Shown: piece after piece, positions 18,955-27,715 of the stretch
Layout: every line of letters starts with the position of its first letter
How positions within the stretch are numbered: the stretch's first letter is position 1
From: a virus
Lineage: Duplodnaviria > Caudoviricetes
Virus record (IMG/VR): IMGVR_UViG_3300031999_000124
Span: 1 to 32,445 of that record
DNA: 32,445 bases
Strand: one strand, 5' to 3'
Made by a program: the position numbers and the translations under genes
Notes under the pieces: generated by a model
Told to the model about the DNA's origin: nothing
Seen by the model: the letters and a program-made list of their open reading frames with translations, nothing else
Databases searched by the model: none

Positions 18955-21900
18955 TTATGGTAGTTCTATTGTTATTGTTCCCCTTATATATTTTGTTCCA
19001 CTTGCAGTCCAAGTTGATGTAATAGAAGCACCAGTTGGATAATATCCAAAACTTATTGTTGACGATGCGTTAGGAATATTGGCATAACCCATATAACTAA
19101 TGGCATTATTTTGTGATTGATTATTATTACTCCAAATCATACCTGTTATATTAGTAGAAGTTTGGGGTATTGTGAAGGATGTTGTTGCACTATTAGACGT
19201 ACCAGCAATATAATACTGTACTGTTAGTATTTTCCCAACTACTAAATATCTAATTGTTTTTTGTGTAAATGTAGTCCAACCAACTATTGTTGATGTTGTG
19301 GAATAATCTACCCATGTGTTAGTAGTTGTAGTTCCATTAGCCATCAAATATTGCGAGGACGTACCTCCTATTGAAACTGTTTTAAATACAGCGTTCCCTA
19401 CATAATCTATTGATGATCTAAGAGTGGTAGTCTCAGTCCCATTATCCCAAGCGTAACCTAAAAAAGCGGACCCACTACCACCATCATCAAATTCTACAAG
19501 TACTCCCTTTGCGTTAGATGTACTAGAGTAACCATAATAACCTATTTGACCTGATTCTACTTCAGCACTATATGCAATACCACTTCCTGAATTACTTGAT
19601 GCACTAGAAACTCCTACTGCTACACCTTGAAAACTAGCTCCTGTACTACCAGACGATTGAATAGATAATGTTCCAATATTATTTATTGACGCTATAAGTG
19701 TCGTGTCTCTAACCAGCTTAAATGGGTAACCACTAGAACTAGTAGTAGTATTTATCAATAACCCTGTTTTATTTACACCAGTAATATCTATTTCTATTCC
19801 TGTTCCATTATTATACGTATTGAACTGACTCCCTATCAAACCAGTAAAAACACCACCTATTCCATTAGGACTAGTAGCTTCTACTCCATAACCACTAGCA
19901 CTATAAAACGTTCCGCCAGTGTATGGACCGGTGCCGTATACACCAGTATCACCAGTTGCCAATACACCATATTCTAATCCAGAAACATTAACACCAACAA
20001 GACCACCAGTAACACTTAATGCGGTATTATCAGCATTAGATATGATTTGCGCAGTAACATTGTCTGAACCTGCCCCATTGACTTTAAGCGCTATTGGAAC
20101 CCCTCCCCCAGCAGTAGAAGTAGTTATAGATAATCCAAAAGGAGATAATTCATCGCCAATTGTATTTATATTTATACCGTTAATATCGGTTGTATTAAAA
20201 GACTTTGTACCTGTTATAGTTTGATTTCCTGCTAAAGTTACTACTTCATTATTAACTGCCGGTGTATAACCTAATATACTAGATATAGATGCAGTCTTCC
20301 ATTGCTTTGGTGTAACTGTATTATCATAGTATAAAGTATCTTTATTAGCAGGGGTTTGCGCTTGTACATTATGAAGTTCATCTAGTTCATATCCGTTCTG
20401 TACTCTAACATATAATCTACCCGCACTACCATTACTTGCGGTAGTTACAAACCCAAGATATACTAAATGGTTCGGTGCGAATTGTTTTACTTTTGTTAGA
20501 GTTCCGGCAGTTGCACCAAGATATACAGGATCACCATCCGCCCATGTTGCTGTTGGTAATATACTTAATCCGTCAAGAAGACCTTGCATTATTATAAAAC
20601 CTTTTTGATTTGCTGCAATTGAAGTAGACAAAACTAATCCAACTGTTTGTGCTGATGTTGCGTCTGAAGTATTATACGCTAATTTAACGGTTATTCTATC
20701 TCCTGTGCCACCAAGAGCATAAACGGGTTGTCCTTTAGTTATAGTAACTGAATCGGCATTTGTAATATATGAAATTAATGAATTTGGTGATGTGCCTATA
20801 CATTGGAATGTGGATAAAGTAGAATTATAAACACAAAGCATTTCTCCGCCGCTTTGTATATCCCCACCTATTAATGGTCCATCATTATTTCTATATAATG
20901 TTCTTGCACCTAATGAATTTATATTTAATGTAGCGCCTGTTGTATTGCCATTAGTAAACCGTATAAGATAAGCATCCCCATCTGAATAAGTAGTGACACC
21001 TGATACAATTGCAGTATAAGTGTCAGTACCTGACGCATTCGCGTGTAATATACCCCCGCTGCCCCCGCCGCCAGCAGCAGATATTGTTCCCCCAGATATT
21101 GTAATGTTTGTTCCAGCAGTTATTACAGAACCATCAGCTGCTAATATTTGAGATGAAGTACCACCGTCTTTTATTAATTTTTGCGCAGTTAATTCTCCTG
21201 CCTGATTTACTCTTGCTTTATTAACTCCGTTTTTGTTAAATTCAATTGGATTTCCAACTGATGATGCACCACCATTTATAACAAGTCCTTTTCCAAGTAA
21301 ACCTTGATTTATTGCAGTTCCAATACCCGAATCTGTATATACTCTAATTCCGTCCGCGTCTAATGTATTAACATTAATAGCGCTACAATCATAAAGAAAC
21401 TCCGTTTCTCTAAGAGTATTATTAACAAAACTGGCTACATCAACATTTTTATCTGTCTCCTCATCACCGTCAAATGATGTTGCAAATAAAGCCAACCCTA
21501 ATCCACCTTGCGCATTAATAGCAGTCCCATTTATTTCGCTTGAACCATACACAAGTAAAGTACCGGTTCCACCTGCTCCGCCTGATAAAGTTAAAGTATT
21601 ACTTCCTTCGGAACTCAAAAATACATTAGCATTGTCTGCTATCGACCCATTATCTATAACAGACTGCAAATCTTGAGAACCTCCACCGCCTGTCTGTGCA
21701 ACCCAACTTCTAACTCCAGCAGTTGTAGATGATAGTACATATCCTGTAGTTGATGGATTACCTAATTTAGGTTCGTATGTTGCAGCAGCCGTAACACTTG
21801 TAATATATGGTATTAAAGCAGAATTTGTAATATATCCTGAATCATTAGTAAATGAAGATACATTTGTTGGAAATGTTGCTAAAGATAAGTCTCCTCTTAG

Positions 21901-22356
21901 ATACTGTAGATTAGTACCTGTAGTAATTGCATTTTGTTTTGCATTCCAAGTTGCTGCACTAGTTATCCTAGAATCTGCTAAAGTACCTGTCCACCCTAAT
22001 GTTAAACTTGTATTTTGTAGTAAAGCAGTATTAGGTAAACCACCTAAAGTTAAAGTTACATTTGTATCATTTACTTTAGTTAAAGCAGCAGGAGTTATTA
22101 AACTTCCTGTAGAATAATTAGGGATATTAAGTATACCTGTTAATGGATCAAAAGTAGCTGCTCCACTTGTGTTGTTTGTAGTTAAGTATAATGTTTTTTG
22201 TAATCCACTAACCGAAAAAAAATTTATTAGACTTTGTAACTGGAAGTTTCTAGTGACAGTTCTTGATTGACCATTAATACTTTGTTCGGTTGTACCGACC
22301 AACTCATCAAATGGTTTTATATTATTATTTAATGGATATGAATATACTATAGCCAT
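18955..22356 (-). CDS. Tail fibre/receptor-binding protein
   Basis: 1133 aa, G/T/S-rich and modular, with beta-helix-like GVxG repeats and GGTSSQxLxAxG motifs. Confidence 0.8.
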   Translation of the reverse strand: MAIVYSYPLNNNIKPFDELVGTTEQSINGQSRTVTRNFQLQSLINFFSVSGLQKTLYLTTNNTSGAATFDPLTGILNIPNYSTGSLITPAALTKVNDTNVTLTLGGLPNTALLQNTSLTLGWTGTLADSRITSAATWNAKQNAITTGTNLQYLRGDLSLATFPTNVSSFTNDSGYITNSALIPYITSVTAAATYEPKLGNPSTTGYVLSSTTAGVRSWVAQTGGGGSQDLQSVIDNGSIADNANVFLSSEGSNTLTLSGGAGGTGTLLVYGSSEINGTAINAQGGLGLALFATSFDGDEETDKNVDVASFVNNTLRETEFLYDCSAINVNTLDADGIRVYTDSGIGTAINQGLLGKGLVINGGASSVGNPIEFNKNGVNKARVNQAGELTAQKLIKDGGTSSQILAADGSVITAGTNITISGGTISAAGGGGSGGILHANASGTDTYTAIVSGVTTYSDGDAYLIRFTNGNTTGATLNINSLGARTLYRNNDGPLIGGDIQSGGEMLCVYNSTLSTFQCIGTSPNSLISYITNADSVTITKGQPVYALGGTGDRITVKLAYNTSDATSAQTVGLVLSTSIAANQKGFIIMQGLLDGLSILPTATWADGDPVYLGATAGTLTKVKQFAPNHLVYLGFVTTASNGSAGRLYVRVQNGYELDELHNVQAQTPANKDTLYYDNTVTPKQWKTASISSILGYTPAVNNEVVTLAGNQTITGTKSFNTTDINGININTIGDELSPFGLSITTSTAGGGVPIALKVNGAGSDNVTAQIISNADNTALSVTGGLVGVNVSGLEYGVLATGDTGVYGTGPYTGGTFYSASGYGVEATSPNGIGGVFTGLIGSQFNTYNNGTGIEIDITGVNKTGLLINTTTSSSGYPFKLVRDTTLIASINNIGTLSIQSSGSTGASFQGVAVGVSSASSNSGSGIAYSAEVESGQIGYYGYSSTSNAKGVLVEFDDGGSGSAFLGYAWDNGTETTTLRSSIDYVGNAVFKTVSIGGTSSQYLMANGTTTTNTWVDYSTTSTIVGWTTFTQKTIRYLVVGKILTVQYYIAGTSNSATTSFTIPQTSTNITGMIWSNNNQSQNNAISYMGYANIPNASSTISFGYYPTGASITSTWTASGTKYIRGTITIELP

Positions 22357-22360
22357 ATAT

Positions 22361-23095
22361 TTATTTTTTTTCTACTATGACAGAATTAATACATACTCTA
22401 TTAGCACCTGTTGTGGTAGCAACTACAACTATATAAAATTGAGAAGGTATTGTTGTTGATGTAGTAGATAAACCTTGTACAGAAGCAGTACCTGTTGATC
22501 CAATCGATGAACTAGTAAAAGATCTACCAGTAAATGCAGTACCAGTATTCCAATATGTTCTTTCTACTGAAATGTTTTGGTCCCCAATAGCAAAATTATA
22601 AGTCGCTATTTGTATTGGCGCGCCAGCGGTATCGGGTGTTGAATTAATATAGAATTTAACATCAACAACTGCTGTGGCAATTACTGCTGTAGATGATATA
22701 TTAGCAACGATAGACAATATATCTCCAGTGGCAAATATACTGTAAGGAATAATAGTAGATACTGCAGAAAGTGCACCTGCTGCTGTTTGATATATGTTAC
22801 TATAAGATCTAGAAAGTGGTCCATTTGTAGTTACAGAACCATCAGCTCTTAATGCTTGAAGTGACGTACCGCCTGATCTTAAAATATTAGGTGCAGATAT
22901 ATTACCTGTAAAAGCTGCACCATTTAACGGAGCATATACACCTGACAATGATTGAGTGGCTAGTGTAACTATAGAACCTACTGTAAATGTTCTAGTTCTT
23001 GGAGCGTCTTCTCCTCCTTGTTCAGATATTTCCGTACCTATTAAAAGATCTTGTGTTGCTGGTGTTACTGTTGGGTAAGCGTATGTTACTGCCAT
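22361..23095 (-). CDS. Short tail fibre-like protein
   Basis: 244 aa; N-terminus (MAVTYAYP...DLLIGT...RTRTF) paralogous to the long fibre (MAIVYSYP...DELVGT...VTRNF). Confidence 0.7.
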   Translation of the reverse strand: MAVTYAYPTVTPATQDLLIGTEISEQGGEDAPRTRTFTVGSIVTLATQSLSGVYAPLNGAAFTGNISAPNILRSGGTSLQALRADGSVTTNGPLSRSYSNIYQTAAGALSAVSTIIPYSIFATGDILSIVANISSTAVIATAVVDVKFYINSTPDTAGAPIQIATYNFAIGDQNISVERTYWNTGTAFTGRSFTSSSIGSTGTASVQGLSTTSTTIPSQFYIVVVATTTGANRVCINSVIVEKK

Positions 23096-23112
23096 TTTTT
23101 ATTTTTTATATA

Positions 23113-23484
23113 TTAACAATTCCACTTGTCTAATGCAAGTTTCTTTCTTGTTGGTTCTCCGTTTGGTTTTTTCATTGGTCCTGGCATACCAGACATTCTA
23201 GCGCAAAAAGATTTTCTTCTCTTCGCATCTTTACTATCTGCTTTTAATTCAGATGGTTTTTTAGTTACAGCAGTCTGTAGTTTACTACCAGGATGTTCTC
23301 TTCTATAACTAGCAACACCTTTAGCATTAAGTCCACCTTTAGGGTCTTTACCTTCCTTGCGTGTCCATGCAGCAGTCTTCATTAGTGGAGAGTGACTACA
23401 TTCGCAATCTTCAGCATCTCCAACCCAAAAACCATTATGTCCCTTAACGCCTAGACCTTGAGGACCTATACCTTTCATTTTCAT
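23113..23484 (-). CDS. Basic phage protein (resembles DUF6321)
   Basis: AAWTRKEGKDPKGGLNAKG...RRKSFCARM...WNC; family name recalled, not searched. Confidence 0.6.
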   Translation of the reverse strand: MKMKGIGPQGLGVKGHNGFWVGDAEDCECSHSPLMKTAAWTRKEGKDPKGGLNAKGVASYRREHPGSKLQTAVTKKPSELKADSKDAKRRKSFCARMSGMPGPMKKPNGEPTRKKLALDKWNC

Positions 23485-23714
23485 TATTGATATAACTCGT
23501 TTATTCTGTTTATAACATCGGCATCAGTCCATTGACCAATAGCATCGTATTCCTCACCTTTCCATAAAACAATACTAAATCCTTCTAAAAGATTTGCAGT
23601 AACTATTTTTCTACTTGGTCTATCTATTATAGAATTTATTGTTACCGATGTAAATATATTCTTTACCTCTGGAGTAACAACCATTTCCTTCTGTGTTTCA
23701 AATGTTATTTCCAT
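23484..23714 (-). CDS. Hypothetical protein (possible fibre-associated)
   Basis: 76 aa, TAATG-coupled on both sides. Confidence 0.55.
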   Translation of the reverse strand: MEITFETQKEMVVTPEVKNIFTSVTINSIIDRPSRKIVTANLLEGFSIVLWKGEEYDAIGQWTDADVINRINELYQ

Positions 23715-23956
23715 TATTTTTTACTTTTAGATTTTATCTTCTTTTCTTCTACTAACATAACTTTAGTAGGTTTCTTACCAGATCCTTTATTCTTACGGAT
23801 GTTATCCCAAAGACCAGGTTTAGACATAGAACCATCAGCACGTTTAATCATTGCACCAGTTTGAGCTTTCTTAAACTCTTTACCATGAACCTTCATGAAG
23901 GCTTCTTCCGATGGGTATTTCTTGTAAAATTCTTTCTGGGTCTTGCATCCAGACAT
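23714..23956 (-). CDS. Chimeric basic protein; C-half duplicates 25067-25213
   Basis: MIKRADGSMSKPGLWDNIRKNKGSGKKPTK... matches the upstream small ORF. Confidence 0.6.
   Translation of the reverse strand: MSGCKTQKEFYKKYPSEEAFMKVHGKEFKKAQTGAMIKRADGSMSKPGLWDNIRKNKGSGKKPTKVMLVEEKKIKSKSKK
23762..23791. repeat. 30-bp perfect direct repeat, copy 1
   Basis: TTTAGTAGGTTTCTTACCAGATCCTTTATT, identical at 25115-25144, within ~140 bp of homology. Confidence 0.9.
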
Positions 23957-23979
23957 CTTTAAAATTTGTGCTTTTATGA

Positions 23980-25059
23980 TTATTTATATTTATTTAACCA
24001 GTTTGTTGGTTTATTATAGTTAGTAAAATTAGTTAAATCTTCTAGGTTTTGCAAACCTTTTTGTTCTTGTCTCCTTCCATTCTTAGCCATTGGGAACTCT
24101 CCTCCATTTTTTTGTTTAGGAATAGGTTTTCCTGTTTTTTTATCATAATATATTCTACCATAAATTTCAAAAGGATTTGAATTAGGTAATACATCTAATA
24201 TGTTTCCATAATCATTAACATCATAGTAAGCTACATAATCACCTTTTTCATCTTTACCTTTACTATATTGATAATCTTTTAAAGATGCATCTGCTATGTG
24301 ACTACCTGTAACTTGCTTAAATTTATCTTTAGAATTTATAAAGTCTACATTACCTCTCTTAAATAAATCTTGTCTTATCTCATCTTCATACTGAGGAGAT
24401 AAAGAATAATATTGCTTATTTTCTTTACTTTTTGATGGCTTATACTCTGAATAAACAAAAGAATTATATTTTTGTGAAATACCTTGATGTAAGTTAAGAG
24501 CATCTTGCGAAGCATTTAAAGTTGCTGGTCGTGCTCCTCTAATATATCCTTCTATGGGCTCTTTAGTATCTACATCATATGCAATTTTTCTTAAAGTTTC
24601 TTGAGACTTTTGTTTTAATAAAGCATGTTCTTGCTTCCATTTTTTATTTTTTTCTTTATCTTTAAAAGGATCTTGAGCTGATCTAGTTTGCCCATACTCC
24701 CTATCTCCTTCTCTAGGAGCATTTCTATCATAATTATATTTTTTATCTATTGCTTTTTTTCCTTTTGATAAATTATAATAATAATCATCTAATTGTTTAT
24801 TTGGTGCAACAACAGGATTAGTACCTGTCCAATACCCATAAGGAGTTATATTTTCTGTAATAAGTTTATTTAACCAATTACCTTTAGTTATAGGAACAAC
24901 AGGAGTTCCTGGAACTATCACCTTATCTTTCTTACGTTCTTTCTTATATACTGATGTATTATCTTTTGCTACAGTATTTAATTCTTCTTTAATACCATTT
25001 TTAGCCATAGGTTTTATGACTGTACTTTCTGCTTTTGCAGGTTTTTTAGTTTGTGGCAT
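23980..25059 (-). CDS. Candidate virion cargo/effector protein
   Basis: 359 aa; PMAKNG occurs near both ends and flanks a globular region ending GKDEKGDYVAYYD...PFEIYGRIY. Confidence 0.6.
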   Translation of the reverse strand: MPQTKKPAKAESTVIKPMAKNGIKEELNTVAKDNTSVYKKERKKDKVIVPGTPVVPITKGNWLNKLITENITPYGYWTGTNPVVAPNKQLDDYYYNLSKGKKAIDKKYNYDRNAPREGDREYGQTRSAQDPFKDKEKNKKWKQEHALLKQKSQETLRKIAYDVDTKEPIEGYIRGARPATLNASQDALNLHQGISQKYNSFVYSEYKPSKSKENKQYYSLSPQYEDEIRQDLFKRGNVDFINSKDKFKQVTGSHIADASLKDYQYSKGKDEKGDYVAYYDVNDYGNILDVLPNSNPFEIYGRIYYDKKTGKPIPKQKNGGEFPMAKNGRRQEQKGLQNLEDLTNFTNYNKPTNWLNKYK

Positions 25060-25066
25060 AATATAT

Positions 25067-25213
25067 TTATTTTTTAGTTTTAGCTTTAATTTTCTTCTCT
25101 TGAACTAACATTTGTTTAGTAGGTTTCTTACCAGATCCTTTATTAGCACGGATATTATCCCATAACCCTATTTGTGAAGTAGAACCATCTTTACGTTTGA
25201 TCATCTCTTTCAT
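25067..25213 (-). CDS. Small basic protein (not in ORF track)
   Basis: Hand-translated as MKEMIKRKDGSTSQIGLWDNIRANKGSGKKPTKQMLVQEKKIKAKTKK (48 aa). Confidence 0.75.
   Translation of the reverse strand: MKEMIKRKDGSTSQIGLWDNIRANKGSGKKPTKQMLVQEKKIKAKTKK
25115..25144. repeat. 30-bp perfect direct repeat, copy 2
   Basis: Identical to 23762-23791. Confidence 0.9.
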
Positions 25214-25219
25214 ACTAAT

Positions 25220-25507
25220 TTACTTTCTACCTTTAGTTATCTTATAGTGTTTACCACTCTCTTTCTTTGTACCTTCTCCTTCATTACCTCTATTCTGTTT
25301 AACAGACTCGAATCTACCATCTTCATGATCGTAATCCTTATCTTTGGCAGAAGGATTTTTACGATGCATTCTCTGTGATTCTGCTTTCTTTGCAGTTCTA
25401 TCGTCAGTCTTAGCATAGGCAAGATCTCTCTCTGCTTTAGCCTTAGCCGCTTTAGGAGATAATTTTTGTTTCAATAAAGGTGACTTACTTCTTAATTCAA
25501 ATGCCAT
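25220..25507 (-). CDS. Basic protein with minimal HNH-like motif
   Basis: Likely start MAFELRSK at 25507, which avoids overlap with the upstream gene; KDYDH...ESVKQNRG resembles a reduced HNH motif. Confidence 0.55.
   Translation of the reverse strand: MAFELRSKSPLLKQKLSPKAAKAKAERDLAYAKTDDRTAKKAESQRMHRKNPSAKDKDYDHEDGRFESVKQNRGNEGEGTKKESGKHYKITKGRK
25485..25507. repeat. 23-bp direct repeat (start-codon leader), copy 1
   Basis: TTACTTCTTAATTCAAATGCCAT versus TTACTTCTTAATTCAAATCCCAT at 27100-27122 (22/23 identical). Confidence 0.85.
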
Positions 25508-25508
25508 A

Positions 25509-27122
25509 TTATTTCTTTTTATTTCCACTAAACATCATACTTCCACCAATAGCACCAGCAACTGTATAAGGATTAACTATTGAATGTTTAAAATCAATAT
25601 TACCACCAGTACCTTTCTTACCTTCAACTTTAAATTTAAGTTTACTAGGAAGTAATGCTTCTTTTTCACTTGTAAATTGTCCGCCTCTAACAGAATTAGA
25701 ATAAAGTGTAGATTGACCAGCAGGTGCTTTTATCTCACTTCTAATTTTACCAAATCCAGAAGCAACATTTTTATCTATCGATGTACTAACGAATGATCCT
25801 GGTTTCCATATATCACCTTTTTGTAGATCACTAAAAGCAACTGAACCTTTTGGCAATTTCTCACCATTTCTCCAAATTTTCTTTACCGCGTAATCTTTAT
25901 CTCCTCTGTATAGAGTTTCTTCTGATTTTAATTTATTCTTAGTAACTAGATTTTCAAGTCTAGGAGCTATATCTTTTTTATAAAACTTCTTATTTACAGT
26001 ACCATCTATATGCGCAGTTCTTCCGTTTATCTTACTATCATAACCTTGACTGTAGACATTGTTTAATAATTCATCTGTTTTTGTATATCCAGATTCACCT
26101 ATTCCATGTTTACTTTCAAAAGCATAGTCTTGTTTTATCTTATCTTTCATACTTGGTCTGTGGAGACCAAATTCTTCTGCATGTTTAAATTTATCAGATT
26201 GCTCTTTAATTACATTACTAACCAACGGATCTCTTTTACCTGCATCAGTTCCTTTTAATCTAGCAAATAGGTTAGCATCTCTTTCACTATAAGAAGCGCC
26301 ATGAGTCGCTTCAAACTCCTTTAAATGCTTACCTGTCTCTTCACCAATTTTTCTAAAAGATTTTTCTGTGTCATTTTTCCATTTTTCAGAAAACTTATCA
26401 TATAAAGTAGGTTCTTCACTAGCATCATCTAAGTGTCCAACTATCTTTTTCTGTGGTTCCTTCCCAGTCTTACTGAAGTTCATTATATTGTCTAAAGTAG
26501 AACTAGATGCTCCTTGTTTACTAGGTGCTTTATTAGTTTTTAGTTTATTTGCAGAACTTACTACATCATCGACTTTACCAACGCTTTTATCTAAAGTCCT
26601 AACTACATTTTTAGCTGTATAGTTCTTACCTTTAATTAATCTTTCGGCAAGTTTAACTTCTCCAACTATAGATGCTGCTGCTGGAAGAACTTCTAAAGCA
26701 TCTACCGCGGCATTCTTAAAATCTCTCTTAGCAGAAGGTAGTTTACCTTTAGCAACATTAGATACGCCAGACGCTGTATTATCTATTGCTGAAAGTCCTT
26801 TCTTAGCATAGTAAAAAGGATTAACAATGTCTACTACATTATCAAGAATATTCCTAGGACCTTTACCAAAGTTTCTAGGCATTTCCTCATTCCTCGCAGC
26901 ATATCCAAAAGCAGTCAAAGGATTTAACATTTGATCAATATTCTTCTGCATGCCAAGTTCACTCTTAGAACCTAACTGTTTTATATCTCCAGCCTTCTCC
27001 TTCATTGAAGCAAGTCTTTCACCTTCCTTCTGTCTATCTGTCTTAATAGGTATAACCTTAGGTTTTGCAACCTTGGTACTTTCTGTTACTACTTTATATT
27101 TACTTCTTAATTCAAATCCCAT
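25509..27122 (-). CDS. ADP-ribosyltransferase (R-S-E, VIP2/ExoS/T4 Alt-like) with long N-terminal region
   Basis: C-terminal TLYRGD, SFVSTS and SEKEALLP motifs in canonical order. Confidence 0.85.
   Translation of the reverse strand: MGFELRSKYKVVTESTKVAKPKVIPIKTDRQKEGERLASMKEKAGDIKQLGSKSELGMQKNIDQMLNPLTAFGYAARNEEMPRNFGKGPRNILDNVVDIVNPFYYAKKGLSAIDNTASGVSNVAKGKLPSAKRDFKNAAVDALEVLPAAASIVGEVKLAERLIKGKNYTAKNVVRTLDKSVGKVDDVVSSANKLKTNKAPSKQGASSSTLDNIMNFSKTGKEPQKKIVGHLDDASEEPTLYDKFSEKWKNDTEKSFRKIGEETGKHLKEFEATHGASYSERDANLFARLKGTDAGKRDPLVSNVIKEQSDKFKHAEEFGLHRPSMKDKIKQDYAFESKHGIGESGYTKTDELLNNVYSQGYDSKINGRTAHIDGTVNKKFYKKDIAPRLENLVTKNKLKSEETLYRGDKDYAVKKIWRNGEKLPKGSVAFSDLQKGDIWKPGSFVSTSIDKNVASGFGKIRSEIKAPAGQSTLYSNSVRGGQFTSEKEALLPSKLKFKVEGKKGTGGNIDFKHSIVNPYTVAGAIGGSMMFSGNKKK
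27100..27122. repeat. 23-bp direct repeat (start-codon leader), copy 2
   Basis: See 25485-25507. Confidence 0.85.
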
Positions 27123-27154
27123 GATAACATTATTAACTTTGGTATAGATATACT

Positions 27155-27179
27155 ATCACACGGAATTAGTGATTTTTAC
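27155..27179 (-). promoter_or_regulatory. Putative late promoter at the start of the late region
   Basis: GTAAAAATCACTAATTCCGTGTGAT, 32 nt upstream of the ART start codon. Confidence 0.6.
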
Positions 27180-27194
27180 TATAATACCACACTG

Positions 27195-27237
27195 TGACAA
27201 TAGCCTATTACTCCTTTATTCTAATACCCTAATGTCA
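27195..27237. repeat. TGACA...TGTCA element, copy 1
   Basis: TGACAATAGCCTATTACTCCTTTATTCTAATACCCTAATGTCA; similar copy at 30017-30060. Confidence 0.8.
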
Positions 27238-27242
27238 TAGTA

Positions 27243-27293
27243 TTGTATCATATTATAGACAAAAACAATCATTATGTCCGTAATATAATGCAA
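27243..27293. repeat. Imperfect inverted repeat (19-bp arms)
   Basis: TTGTATCATATTATAGACA versus reverse complement TTGCATTATATTACGGACA (15/19); 13-nt loop. Confidence 0.6.
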
Positions 27294-27386
27294 AGTATAA
27301 TTTACAAAAAGGCATGTTATCGTAAAATATATTTAATGTTATAAAAAAAAATAATAAAAAAAATTTTTTCGTATTTCATATTTCGA

Positions 27387-27420
27387 TATGAGATATAGGG
27401 AATTATGAGATATAGAGAAT
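27387..27420. repeat. 17-bp tandem repeat
   Basis: TATGAGATATAGGGAAT TATGAGATATAGAGAAT. Confidence 0.85.
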
Positions 27421-27565
27421 TTAGGGGTTACTACTTTGTTTTCTATTTTTAATTTCAAAAGGGAAATGGTTTTTGAATTGGCGGGTTCCCCAACTTTTTA
27501 AGGTTTTAGATTGTATGATGAATGAAATGAAATGAATGTCGGGATTTGGATTGAGGTTTTATAAT

Positions 27566-27655
27566 TGCTATACACACACGGAGTTACTCTATTATTTATA
27601 TTATTTATATTTATATATATACACGGAGTTACCATTTTTATATGAAGATAATATA
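27566..27655 (+). promoter_or_regulatory. Early element 1 (half copy plus full CACGG-N20-GATAATATA)
   Basis: TGCTATACACACACGG at 27566; ACACGGAGTTAC duplicated; CACGG at 27622 and GATAATATA at 27647. Confidence 0.75.
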
Positions 27656-27715
27656 TTTGAATTTAAATTATATATAAATTAATTATATATATTAACCCTA
27701 AATTCAACAACAACA

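Noticed and set aside
18955-23095. Diversity-generating retroelement or invertase-driven fibre switching
   Set aside because: No reverse transcriptase, no TR/VR pair differing at adenines, and no invertase or inverted cassettes in the window.
25237-25422. Alternate-frame ORF inside 25220-25507
   Set aside because: Fully nested, with no supporting motif or initiation signal.
1-27122. Stop-codon reassignment, introns or inteins as seen in some crAss-like phages
   Set aside because: TerL, portal, MCP and fibres are full length and contiguous in the standard code, and coding density is high.
1139-27147. Other plus-strand ORFs in the late region (1139, 4518, 4702, 5681, 6901, 7851, 10236, 12415, 15250, 17270, 19919, 23126, 26368, 26950)
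   Set aside because: All lie opposite well-supported, tightly coupled minus-strand genes.
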